Source of the DNA: Vitrella brassicaformis CCMP3155
Taxonomy: Eukaryota > Protista > Chromerida
Length of the DNA: 64,000 bases
Assembly: GCA_001179505.1 (NCBI GenBank)
Contig: CDMY01000349.1
Coordinates: forward strand, 43,634-107,633
Direction: 5' to 3'
Positions 23,453 to 35,800 of the stretch are shown here, in pieces. How positions within the stretch are numbered: position 1 is the stretch's first letter; the number at the start of each line of letters is the position of its first letter. Both the position numbers and the translations under genes were made by a program. The notes under the pieces are model-generated. The model saw nothing but the letters and a program-made list of their open reading frames with translations, searched no databases and was not told the origin of the DNA.

Positions 23453-26400
23453 TCACGTCGTGCGGCGGACTCCACGGAGGTCACTCGCGTACTCAACCGC
23501 TGTGCGGCACGACGGGCACCGAAGGACGGCATCGCGCTTGACGTCGTCGGGCACTCGCCTGCGGGCCCTCTCCAACCGCTTCTTCTCCCTTTTGGCCGCC
23601 TCGTGTGTCCGCACCCATCGCTCGTGGCATCCGGCACACGCACATTGCTGCACACACACACACACACACACACCCCACACCACACCACAACACGTACACC
23701 CCCGTCGCCATGGACGCCATGTGCGTACACTACCTGTTTGCATGGGAAATAGACCACTGTGGGCGGTTTTTCGAGGCATAGCACACAGGTGCCTCTGTCG
23801 GCAGCCGGCGGGGCCTCCCTCTCCTGCAGCTGGCCCTCGAGCTTTGTGGCCTCGGTGTGGAGGGCCCACAGCTGCTGCTGCCGCTGCTTGACCTCCGCCT
23901 TGAAGGCACTCGCGGCAGCACTGCTGCTGAGGGCGGCCAGCCGCTGCACTGTCAACCTGACGATGCAAACACACGATTGCAGTGCATGCAGCGAAGACAT
24001 GGGGCAGTAGTGAATGCGTACCCTTTGTCTGCCTCCTGCACCAGTTTGTCGTGCTCTTGCTCGAGTGGCTGCAGCGACGCCCTCACCTTGTCGCAGTTGA
24101 CCCGCATGGCAGCGATACCCGACTCCAACCTGCAGGTAAACAAGGTAGATGGAGGCATCAGGTGGCTGTTGCTGTCTGTCTTACTTGCGTATGTCGCCCT
24201 TGAGTGTCTGCAGCGTCTTCCGCAGCTGGGCCTCGGTGGCTGGCGGCTCGGCCGATACAGACGGCTCTCGAGAATGAGACGATGAAGCGGATGTTGAAGA
24301 GCTGCAGACAATAGCCAACGCATCCATCCGTTAGATGTTCGGACAGTGCGCCTGCTTAGCTGCACTTACGTTTCTGCCGTGGCGGCCGTCGACGCACCTG
24401 CACTGTTCGCTGCTCCGATAGATATCCCCACCGAGTCGACACTGGTCCGCTCGGCAGCGCTGATTTGATCGTACAGGTCGTCGAGCCGCTCGTGCTCTTC
24501 TTTGACCTTGTCACCGAATGCGCGCGCATCAGCAGCAGTCTCACACGACGCCAACACGTCTGTACTTAGACTGAGGAAGAAATAGCAGCGTGAAGAGGTT
24601 CGTCTGTGTCCTGTGTGGCTCAATGTGTCTTCGTCGTCCACTCACTCTGGTATGGTGTTGTCTTTCATCTCTCGTATGGCCTCTTGGAGCTGCTTCTTCC
24701 GCTCTACAGCACGTCGATGCGCATCGGACAGCTCCTCATACCGACACGACAGACTGCAAAAAGAAGCGGTGCACACACAGCCGTCTCCAATATCTTGCCC
24801 GCGAGTTGGTGTCAATCAAGTCTGGCCTGTGTTTCTCGTCACTGGCATCGTGTATGTCGTTCTTGAGCTGAGCAATCCGCCCCTGAGATCTGTTGGCCTG
24901 CTCCTGGTTGTCGAACCTGATGCCAAAAAAACACGAAGCGCGGCTGCGTCCCATCGCTGAAAGCATGAGCCCTCATTGGCCTACAGAGAGGCAGTCGGGT
25001 GAGATGTCCTGCTGGTTCTGCCTATTCTGCCCGCACGACCGCTGCGCGCCACATCAGGCCCTGTCTGCCCCCCGCCCTGCCCTTGAGCACTTGCATCAAT
25101 CACTATCCACAGCCACAGACCAGCGATGCCACACACAGCGATGAGCACACCACCCCACTGCAAGTCAAGCGGCAATGACCGAAATGGACAGAAACATGCT
25201 GAGCTGCTGAGTTGGCGTACCACTTTGCCAGCGACAAGAGACGCTTCCTGTTCCTTGTGTCGGTACGACGAACCGAGGAGCTCAGAATCCACCTGAAGTA
25301 ACAGGAACAGATAGCCTCGGGTTGCATAGCGATCTGTCAGCTTGTCTCGTCTCACCCTCTGTACGGTTTTGGCGATCCTATTGTTGCTCCACATCCCTTC
25401 CTGCACCTGCCGGTCACCATACCTGTACACAGACAGCGCACGTGTGTATGAGTGGGCCAGTCGTCGTGTCAGTTGACGATGCCTACGATATAAATGCGTT
25501 AAGGATGATATTAATCGTCGACGCTACGTGCTTCGCCTGATTGATCTCGCCCCTCTTGATCGCCAGCAGGCATTTGGCGAGCACCTCTGGCAGCTCGGAA
25601 GAAGCAGCAGTCTTGATGAACACCTGAAGGAGACACAGGAGACATAAAGACGCTATCTTTCTAGCCTAACAGCCTGCCTGCCCGCCTGTGTGCCTCACCG
25701 ACCTGTCTATCTTTGGAGAATAGGACGTTGAAGGTGTCTACAACGGCTTGCAGAGACGTTCCATGTGGCCCCTTGGCACGTGGATGGGCCAGAGCATCTC
25801 GCATGACGCCAATCGATGCGGCGATGTAGCCGGCATCCAACACACGCTTGCCATATCCGTGCACTGAACACACGCACACGACAAACACACAGGCGAGCAC
25901 GCACCCATCACACACAGGTTGGTCGTCTGCGTGTCTTTCCATCTGTCGTCCCTTACGTGCCAGCGAGTGAAAAACACGTCCCGTGAGGTCATAGTCTGCC
26001 GCCCACTTGGCCGGTCTGTCTCCCAGAAGGCCAGCCATCACCTTGAGGGTTCTCCGCCCCCTCTGACCCACCAGCTGCCCAGCAACGGCATCAGAGACCT
26101 CCCAATCGGAGCGTGCGGACACAACCACAAAGCCCAAGAGATAGGTGGCCGCCCACTGCCGCTTGCGGTCGTCATAAGTCAGGACCGCATCGATGACACT
26201 GTCGGTGTAGCCACGCAAGTCCAGGGCATGTGGGTCCAGCCACTGCCCCGATTTCATGATCAAACTAATCAGCCGCACAAAGGGAGGGTCTCGTTCTGGG
26301 GTGAAGATATCCCAGGCGATGTCGACAGCAAGGGAGAACAGCCAATGCCACCAGGACGGGGGCACCAGGCTGCTGTGGCTGGTGTTGGAGAGAGCAGCAA

Positions 26401-27052
26401 TGAAGGACTCGGCAGAGGCTTTCTCCAATGCAGTAAGAGGGTCGTACAGAATCTCGGCCGCCCGAACAGTAAGGTTGCCGTGCTCTTGGAAGACGACAAC
26501 GACAAGATCATCGCGCTCCGTCACCGCCGCAGCGAGAAGACCGAACGCCGCAGTCTCGACCAACGGATGGCCGTACTCCCCATCATAACACATCCTCTCC
26601 ACATTGGCAAACACACACTTCGCTTCGGCCATGGTCATGTTGTTGAAGGGATACTTGCTCATCGATAGCTTGCTGATGACGTCGGCAGCCAGCAGGACGT
26701 CCCTGTCGTCGGCGTGGAAGTGCTCAATGGCCCATCGACCGAGAGAGTGAGGACCGGCGGCATCCCTCCTGGCCAGCTTGGATATGAGCATCTGGCGGGT
26801 AGCAGCGGGGGCCTCCATGACAGCGATGAGTCTGTCTTTCAGGAAGTGATAGTGGCGGGCGGCCGGGCTCGTGTCCATCTGCCTCATGTTGAAGAAACGG
26901 GTATCGGACGTGAAAAAATTGTCCACTGCCTTCGCCAGGGCGTGGAAGTCGCTCACGTCAGGAGAAAGTTTGCAAGATCCACACAATACAGCGGGCAGAG
27001 CGCCAATCAAGATGAGCAGGATGATCAGGATACTGCGGCTGCAGCCCGCCAT
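23453..27052 (-). CDS. Signal-peptide + ARM-like helical region + coiled coil + C-terminal RING-like finger protein
   Basis: MAGCSRSILIILLILIGALPAVLC at ATG 27052. The junction ATA TC|gtaggc...cag|G TAT joins the ARM part to the downstream exons in phase. C-terminus CVLC...FPCKQ|QCACAGC...RCPSC. TGA at 23453. Confidence 0.72.
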
Positions 27053-27222
27053 TGCACGTCGGCAGATGAGAACGCAGCTGTCTGGAGGAGGGAACGTCAA
27101 GGCGAGCGGAGCTGTCAATTGCCTCAAAGCAATGAGGCGTCGCTGGTCAGTTGCCTCAGACCTCCAAGCTTGCAAATGGTTTCTAGGGTGCTTCCTGAAA
27201 CTGCTGGCCGTCAGGCCGCTTA

Positions 27223-27247
27223 GGACATTTCATGAAACCGCTCGCTC
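27223..27247 (-). promoter_or_regulatory. Copy 3 of recurrent 5'-end motif (minus strand)
   Basis: The reverse complement is gagcgagcggtttcatgaaatgtcc, 22/25 identical to copy 2. It lies in the 234-bp divergent intergenic region, 39 nt before the PDZ ATG. Confidence 0.6.
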
Positions 27248-27286
27248 CCTAAAGCTCTGGGTTGGTTAAACTTGGTTTCTGCGACG

Positions 27287-28133
27287 ATGGCGGCGATTCA
27301 GCGGCTGCTGACGACGGCGTGTGCTGCGCTCCTCGTTTTTTCGCTGGGGATCGATGCATATCTTCCTGGTGCACGCATCGCCCCAGATGTGCTCTCACAG
27401 CAGCAGCCATCGAGGCACACGAGTCCACAAACGAAACTGCACGCCTTCCGGCCAATGGACAACAGAGCGAGGGAGCAGAGAACCGTCGGCCAAAACCAGG
27501 TCAGGCAGACAGAAAGACAAGCAGTATGCAGACAGGGTGTATCTATGCGTGTGTGTGTGTGCGTGTATGTGTTGGTGGCAGATGATGATAGAGCTGCAGA
27601 AGCCGCTGGGCATCGAGTGGAACCAAGATGAATTCGGAAATGTCTACGTCCGCAAACTCACTCCTGGGTGAGTGAGGGAGGGGAGGAGAATGACGGGCCC
27701 AGCACACTGCATGTGGAGATCTGGTCGTTCTCACGCTCTCTCTGTTGCTCACAGCGGCAATGCGGATCAGAGCGGAGCCATCAAGCCGGGCAACCAGCTG
27801 CTGATGGTGAGTGCGGCGTGGGGTGACGAGATGTGGTCGACCAAGGGCAGCGGTGTCAACATGGTTGAGACGGCCATCCGCAACAGGGCCCAGCCGCCAG
27901 TCAGGCTCGTCTTCGCCACACCTAAGGGCCAGACAACAGGACCTGCCGTCGCCAAGACCAAGAGCGACGCCGAGGTGAGGAAGAAATGAGTGGCCACCCG
28001 CAGTCGACACACAAATGGATCTGTCTGTCTGTCTGTCTGTGTGTGTGTGTGTGTCTGGCTGCAGCTGCTGAAGGAGCTTCAGGCGGAGGAGGACGAGAGG
28101 AAAAAGGATAAGAAGTTCTTCGGGCTTTTCTGA
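27287..28133 (+). CDS. Plastid-targeted PDZ-domain protein (algal type)
   Basis: Signal peptide MAAIQRLLTTACAALLVFSLGIDA plus a transit-like stretch. PDZ motifs IELQKPLGIEW...VYVRKLTPG|GNADQSGAIKPGNQLLMVSA...ETAIRNR. The last exon ends KKFFGLF*. Confidence 0.85.
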
Positions 28134-28293
28134 TCATTGATTGCGACATCGGTGTGCATGTGGTTTTGAGGGTGTGATGGATGTGCTGCCTGCACGAATC
28201 GAGTAGATGGACAGACAAGTGGATGGATAGGCTGAATGCGTCACTGCGTGTGTGCCTGAGTTGCTTTTCTCGTCCATGCAATTACTGATTGTA

Positions 28294-28400
28294 GAGGACG
28301 GACGGTGGACACCTTGCGACTGCGTGCCTGTCTCGAGAAACCGAGTATTCGGTGCATTTCTCGGTTTCTCGAGACGAGCAAGCCGCCACAGGGCGTCCTC
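28294..28400. other. Long hairpin with a perfect 16-bp core
   Basis: gtctcgagaaaccgag (28330-28345) and ctcggtttctcgagac (28360-28375) are exact reverse complements with a 14-nt loop. Outer pairings: cttgc/gcaag, gtgg/ccac, gaggacg/cgtcctc. Confidence 0.8.
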
Positions 28401-28912
28401 ACCGCTCCTCAAACAATCAGCCACATTCATCGAAGAGTCAGCCACATTTTTTCATGGCGATCCCCGCAGGCTGGCAGCGAGAGGGTCTCCGGCTTTAGCT
28501 AATGGAGGCCACGTCATCCATGCAATGCCACGACAGCGATTGTTTCCCAGACGCGATTGTTTCGATCCCTTGCCGTCAGTCAGTGCGACTGATGGAAGGG
28601 CGAGTTCTCACTTACATACTATCGTATGTTGCTCGCCTCACTTAACGTGCACCTACTGCTCACGTGTGCGTGTCTCTTTTTGGTGTGTGGGCGGGGCGGG
28701 GGGCAGTGTGAGCATGTGTCATGTGTCCTGTGTCCTCTCTGTGTGTGTGTGAGATGATGTGGATTTGGGCGATCGGCTTGATCAGTGCGATGCGCTTCCG
28801 AACTGAGTGCATGTGTTGTCGCCACCATGTGGCTTGACAGACACACTGAATGCACTGATGACGAACACGAATTAACCAACGTGCCAATAGTCCCTGGTAT
28901 GCACACACATAC

Positions 28913-31133
28913 TCATCCCTCTCTCATCGTCTCTGCCCCTCCGCCCGCATCTGTCAGCCCTCCATCGCTCTCTATCGTGGTGGGCCGCCTCGAGAAGGCC
29001 ATCACAGCAGGGGGGACTGGCTGTACATCCCCCCCACTGTCCTTGTCTGGCGTCATGTGTCGGCGGACTGGTTCGGCTGATAGCGAGCGAGAAGGGTTCG
29101 CCTCAGAGACACCTGTATTGCATGCATCCGTACATTCACGAATGACACGAGCACTTGTGATGCCTATGTGCACCCACACCCATACTTACCCTTTTCCGGC
29201 TTTGGGGCTTGTGATGCATCGCGGTACAAGCGACTGAAGATGTCACCTGTCCAACACACAACGAACGATGTGCTCCCTCTGTCGCGCCTGTATGTCAGTC
29301 GCCACAGCCCCGCGACCAGCCGTGTACGCCTACCGTCTCTCTTGAGGTTTCGTGCCTGTTCAGTAATGGCGGGTTTAAAGGTCGCATCTGGCGCGACACG
29401 GTGGTCCACACTCGTGTGTTGGGACCGGTCGAGACGCCGACGCTGACACAGAAACAAGGAAGGCATCAATCACGGAATGCCTCCCGCCTGACTTACATGT
29501 ATGTCGCGACTCATTCTCTCGAGCAGACCGGGGGGCAAACCGGCCTGAAGCATAGCAACGGACGCAGCGCGGGCTGAGGGACAGACCGCCATTCCTCCCT
29601 CCCGCCTACCTTTCGGAAGACCTGCCGGGATGCGTTTGAGACCACGGGGGCAAACGTGCACTCACCAGACTGATGACACCCACCCACACACACATCAGGG
29701 TGTCGGTATGTGATTCCACGCACCTCTTTCTCGTGTTTCTGGTGTATCTGTTGTCGCCTCCTCTGTTCCCTGTCAGTGGCCCAGCGATGCAGATCGGACA
29801 CCACACGCGCGCCGGGCGGCCTGTCGTGTGTCCTATGTCTGTTGATGTGGGGGGCCCGCAGCTGCTCTCTCTCGCGCCGCAGCTGATCCGCGCTGACACA
29901 CATACACAGAGGAGGATGCCAGGCGTGCGAGTCTGTGGCTGGCTGAGTGTTACCGTTCCTTCTCCAGGGCTTGCTCACGTTTCTTCAGAACGCTGGCCGA
30001 CTGCATAACACAAACAACCACACAAATGATCACACATGGATGATCTTGCCAGTCACGAACGCCTGTTGCCTGCCTTCCATTACCCGTTCGCTAATAGGCT
30101 TGATGCCCTGCGACAGCCGACGGGACCGGGCATTCATCAGCGGCGCCTGTGGGGAACACAGACACAGACATATAGACAGGAAGGCTAGCCGGTGATGCAC
30201 TGGAGAGCAGGCGCATATATATGTTCTGTCGGTGCCTGTGGTATGGTTTCCGCTGGAGGTCTCTTGGACATGCGCACCTGACCGACGAATCAACCGATCA
30301 GACATGCGTCCGTGTGTGCTGAATCTCCGCTCACTCACCACTCTGTCCGACTGCCGTCGCCCCAGCACGCTCCTGTTCGTCTCGCCCTTGCCAACCAAAC
30401 CGCCAGCGTCACCGTCCCCATCCGTCCGGACACTCTCCTGCCCCGCGTGTGATGATTGCGAGGGCAGCGCCGGCACGCCGATCCATGAGGGGGGCGTGCA
30501 GCTCACCGTGTACATGGGAGGGGGACTGGCGGGGGGCAGGCGGGTGAAGGACAAGGCACGGACGGGGGAAGCCGATGTGTCGGAGGCAGCAGCTGATGGA
30601 TGGGATGGCATGGCATGACACAAAATATAAGAGCACAAGAGGGAGAAGGGACAGTGGCAGTGGATTCAGATGCATGGCGGTGTGTGTACCCGTGTCCTCG
30701 TCGAGCGCCGAGTCCACCAGCTGCGACACACGGCAAGCCAGAGCGTCAATCTCACTCTGGAAGGGGCACAAGAAACGTCATAGACAGTGCAATGGATGCG
30801 GCATCGTCATGGTCTCACCTCGGAGGCCGTCAGCAGATGCTGCGGCACAACCCACCCCTCGCTCCATCTATACTCACCATTATCACCCTGCACCGCAGCA
30901 TTGATGCATGCATTCAATAATCAAAACGGTGCTCTCCGGCTGTGTGCCCTGACATGGGCTTCTATCAGTCGCTCTCGTTGGTTCTGCTCCTGCCTCCAGT
31001 GCCTCTCCAGTTCCCCAAGTGAAGGCACGGCCGCCATGCAGCGATGCGCATAGAATGAGAGGGACCGTCTGAGGCTGCCGGGAACAGTTGTAGCTGCAGA
31101 CAGATCTACGCTATCAGGCTGATCAGACGCCAT
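28913..31133 (-). CDS. Hypothetical protein with (E)CTFxP-type motifs
   Basis: ATG 31133; spliced exons include ECTFAPVV, ATFKPAIT and RLYRDA. Some 5' junctions are unresolved. Confidence 0.55.
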
Positions 31134-31853
31134 CTTGCTTTGCATTCAAGCTCGCGCGGCCGACCGTTTACGACCCACCGCCCATAGAGCCTTACTCAAG
31201 CGCACAAACGACCGACAATGGCAGCAAACACGATGGTAAAGGACAGCAGCGGAACACGCAAACCCACCAGAAGACACGCGAGCAGCAGCAGCACACACAA
31301 CCCAAGGACAAACCACAAGCATGCGTCATCCCGTTCATTCCGAACGATCATTTCGTTCGTCGTAGACGGCACAGAAACACAGTTACACAGACACAGACAG
31401 CAATTTGACGGCATGCACAAAGAAAGAAAGAGAACACAGCCAAACTCAATGGAAACACGCGACACACGACTGTCAGGTCACACACGACCCACGATGCAAC
31501 TGATGAATTACAGCAGCACACATTCCCACAAACATCAGCCCGCATGTCTCGTGCAGTTGCATGCCGTGTCTATCATCGGATACCCCCATTTCCCTCCCCC
31601 AAAAAAAACTGGCTGACAAAGACATATGGACAAAGGGATTGATGAGAGATCCAAAGAAAGAGAAGACCCTCATAGCACAATGCATGCGAGAGCTGCACTC
31701 AGTGGATCTCCATTGTCAGCGTGCTTAGGCGTCGTTGTTTTCTTTCATCGTCGTCCGATTTGTCCGGTCGTCCGGTCTGTCTCGTTTCTTGTCGTTCTTC
31801 TTGTTCGGTCTGTCCGGCTCCTCTCCAGTGTCTACAAAAGGATATAATGTAAA

Positions 31854-32693
31854 CTATTCGCAAGATCCGACGACACTCTGATATGCTGTCCCACCTTTGT
31901 CCCCTGGATTATTTGGTCCCGGTGGTCCAGCGGGCGGACATAAGTCGATTGACAGCCTACATCCCTTATAGTCGGTGTAGCTACCATCGGCATGAACCAC
32001 CACATCCTACACAACAACAAACACACAGGTGCGTGTTATTGTTCTTTTCTTGCTGCTACCGCAGTTGCCGGCTTGTCTCCGTATGCCATAATGTAGGCTT
32101 CCAATAGAGAGCTGTGTATGGTGGAGATGTACACGTAATCCTCGTAGCATCCTCTGGGGACGCGACGGACACACACTGGAGGATCATCAGCTGCAGTGCA
32201 GGGGGAGATTGGATCACCCGGCCCTTCGCAGTCGATGCAGATCTCCGGAGCCATCCATGAGCCGCGAGGAGACGTCCTTTCGCTGCAGAAAGAGAGGTGA
32301 AGGGTGAGAAATTGTAGCCATCTTGTTTTCGCACCCGTCGACCCAGGTATAGATGTCCGCGTCGCCAGAAAGCGAATATCGTGTTGTGCGCGAGTTGACA
32401 GCCACTAGCGCATAGGAATAGCCGAGATTGCGGATGTGATCCTGCACAACACAACATTCGGGGCAAGAATGCAATGAATGCAATGGTGTCTGATTTCTGA
32501 CCAGATCAACGGAGACTTTCGCGTAATCACGGGTCAATTGGGTTGCGTTGAACGGGTGGATGGTTTTGTTGAACGACTCAAGCACTGGACACAACTCTTG
32601 TTCCCGCTGGAGATCCCTCACCTGAGGCTCCCATATCGCCAGAAAAGGTTGCGAGTGAAGGACGCAGCCAAGAAGCAAGAGAATCGAACGCAT
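31854..32693 (-). CDS. Small secreted Cys-rich orphan protein
   Basis: MRSILLLLGCVLHSQPFLA signal-like start. Intron 32283-32334 joins two ORF-track frames in phase. A further exon DVVVHADGSYTDYKGC...SCE* follows. Confidence 0.55.
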
Positions 32694-32857
32694 CGTGCCT
32701 CTGTGATTTCCGCACCAGTCAAGCCTCATACCAGCAGTCAATTCTTACCTTGTGCAAAATAACGGCGGGCCGTTGCGGGCCGGGGCTAAGCGCGCAACTG
32801 GAACTCGTCGCAAGGAAGGTCTTTCGCCGCGCAAGGTCTTATCCGTGAACGCATTCA

Positions 32858-35800
32858 ATGAGTTCGGCCGCTGCGAGTCCTCCCCCGATCCTCCCCCCTC
32901 CGCCCCAGAGAGACCTCCATCGGCTGGACAGGCTGGACATTCACTCCAAGGACTTCCACCAGTCGCGAACCAAGTCGTCATCCAGCTCCAGTGCCTCATC
33001 GACCAATCGCACGCGGCTGAGTGCTGAGGGGAGAGCCCATGACGGAGGGGACGTCGACGAGGGCCAACAGGTGGAGGGGTGGCTCGCCAGGGTACAAGAG
33101 CACTTCGCCGCCCAGGCCAACAAGCCTGATGGTACACACAGGAAGTAATTGTTTACTCGTGTGATGGATACACGATTGTTTCGTATGTTTGTCTGTCTGT
33201 CTGTCTGCAGTCGATGTGTCTGCCAGTCGGGCTGGCCCAGTGCCAGTTGGCAGGACACAGTTCACCAACAAGGCCAAGACGGTGCTGTCACGGTGGCAGG
33301 TGCTCAACGCATTCACAGGGGGGCGGCTCAGCAGCGCCAGCACACAAGCGGAAGCGGCCAGCGCCACCCCATCGCCTGTGCACCGCGTCATCCAGTGCGA
33401 TTCTCACTCTCATTCTCATGCTCATTCTCATTCTCGTGTCCGCGTGCACTGTTTGCTTTGTTTGTTATGCTATTAGGGAGAAGGAGGTTGTATCGCCCAC
33501 TGCGTGTCAGAGAATTAGTGAACGGCTGGTCAGACACCGACAGGAAGACAGAGACATAATGAACGGCCGGCACACACAGCGTCTATCTTGCAGGCTTCTG
33601 ACTTTGACTACGTCCTCGGCACCGTCAGTGAGATTCGAAGGCAAATCGAGTACGCATGCTATGGATGGGCGGCGAGAGCCGTGTCCCCACATTCTCTGTC
33701 TCCACTGATTGAAATCCGCTATGTCTCAGCCCCAAAGCGAAGGCAGCCCCTCCGATGCCGGTCTCCGTCACCGCCCGGCCCTTAACAGTGGTGGTGGGTC
33801 AGGAGGAGGGCAAGGGTGATGCGGGCGGCTGGGATGACGACGAGGACGAGGAAGAGGAGAAGAAGCCGCAGGGCGTACTCGAGAGACTTGCTGCCAAAGT
33901 CGAAGAACAGAGGTACAGAGACGGGCAGAAAGATGCAAAGCCCCGAACCGCTTGTGCCCTGTCCCTGCGTACAGGCTAGACAAGCAGCTTCAGGCAGCGC
34001 TGGACGTGCCGACATCCCCTGTGCGCGGTAAATCGCCGCCGCCCTCCCCTACGCTCGCCAGCGGCCGACGGGTGCCCACCGTTGCATACAAGGCCGCATC
34101 AGCATCCGATACGCATGGCAAGTAAGATGGACAAAGCCGATAGCGTGTCTTTGTGGCTGAGTCGTGTGCATGTGTGTTTCGTAGAGTAGGCTTGTCAGGC
34201 TGCCGGATGTCAAGAAGATCCAGGCATCCCTGCTGGGGGCCGGCAGCAGCGCCACCATGCCAGTGCTGTGTGAACTAGCCGAGAGGCGGGCAAGAGACCG
34301 GAAGCGCTCCCCGACAGGAAGCAGACGCAACTACCTCAGGTCAGGCTGGTCAGCTGTCTGTCCGTCCATCCCACCAGGCACCGCACATCTGCTGATCGAT
34401 TGCTCTTATTGATCCAGACACAATCGCAGCACCACAGACTACCACCGCCCCGAGAGCCGGCAGGCGCGCATTACTGCGGGCAGGGATGTGCAAGAGGATC
34501 GGTACCAGTACGCCAGGCGGTTTCAGCGCTGGAAGCACCTGCAGCAAAAGGCCATCGTGGAGCAGTGGGATATACAAACCGAGGAAGAGCAGAATCTCCT
34601 TGCCTCGTACGCAACACACACCCAACACAGCAATGCCTACTCACACAGGCCTGTGTCGTTTGGTGCAGTCTTGGCCTCGAGGGCATGTCGACTCGACTGT
34701 CCGCCCGGTATGTGTCCATAGCAGACATGACGTCCAGCCAGCGGTCGTCGAGTCCGTCAATCACCTTTCCGCGGCCATCATCGGCGCAGAGTCGACGGCC
34801 GACAACCTGCCCCAGAAGCCCAGTGCCTCCGTCGAGGCGGCGCGACAGATATCGCGAGAGCTCAGGCGATGAGGAGGCCATGTCGTCTTCGTCTTATCCC
34901 GGGGAGGACAGGGGCAGCATGGAGCTGTCGTCGCTGATTGACAGAAAGAGGACGAGGTTTCTAGCTCAGGTGAAGATGGTGCAGGCCAAGCGGGGCAGGG
35001 AGTTCAGGGGGCCAATGGACATATGGACCGACGATCTGAAGCGGCCCGCATTGTTGATGAAATACGTCTTGGCGGCCATTGCTATGGTGGGATGAATGAA
35101 GAGAAAGAACGGGCGCAGGGCATTGATTGCCTGATTTGTTCATTCAGACCAGCTTTAAGGGGTGCAAGGATGGGAAAGTCCGAGCGATGTTGAGGAAAGT
35201 CCTTGTCAAGAAGGCCCGTGCCGTCATGACCACCGCCCGCTTCACACAGCGCATGAAGCAGACGTAAGTCGAGTCGATATATGTCAACCCCAACTTGCAT
35301 TGTGTCCACACGTCCGCCCATTCCATTGCGCACTCCGTGTATGTGTGTGCAGGGTGCAGATTCACCGCTCGTGGGCAAGAGTGCTGCGCATTCTGAGGAT
35401 ATGGCGGTTCCTCTATCGGGTGAGTGAGTGAGCTCGTCGGACTCAGAGACACACACTGGCTGTACCGTGCTATGCTGTGCTCTGCTGTCGTCTGCCAGAT
35501 CCGCCAACGCAAGAGGTACGCAGACGTCTTGGTGGTGCTCTTGCGACGAGAGTACGAGAAGTCTAGAATGCAGGGCAGCCTCTTCAAGTGGAGATGGTGA
35601 GAAACGCTTTCAAAGCGCAAAGGAAGGCCATTTAGCGACCGAATGGAAGCGATTTCCATTGCCCTTCCTGCTCAGGCGGATTCGGAGGCTGCAGACGACT
35701 TGGCGGAAGTTCCTGCAATGGAAGACATTCCTCAGACAATCCCTGAGCAAAAGGTGAACATCTCATACTTTGCCTATCATCCATCCATCCATCCACCCAT

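Noticed and set aside
25483-25485. TAG suggesting the ARM protein ends here as a separate gene
   Set aside because: The TAG lies within a gtaggc donor; an in-phase intron links to the downstream coiled-coil/RING exons.
35093-35095. Stop suggesting two separate genes at 32858-35095 and 35160-37015
   Set aside because: The ATG|gtggga donor and ttcag|ACC acceptor join them in frame.
35144-35659. 171-aa minus-strand ORF
   Set aside because: It is the antisense shadow of a plus-strand spliced gene with consistent junctions.
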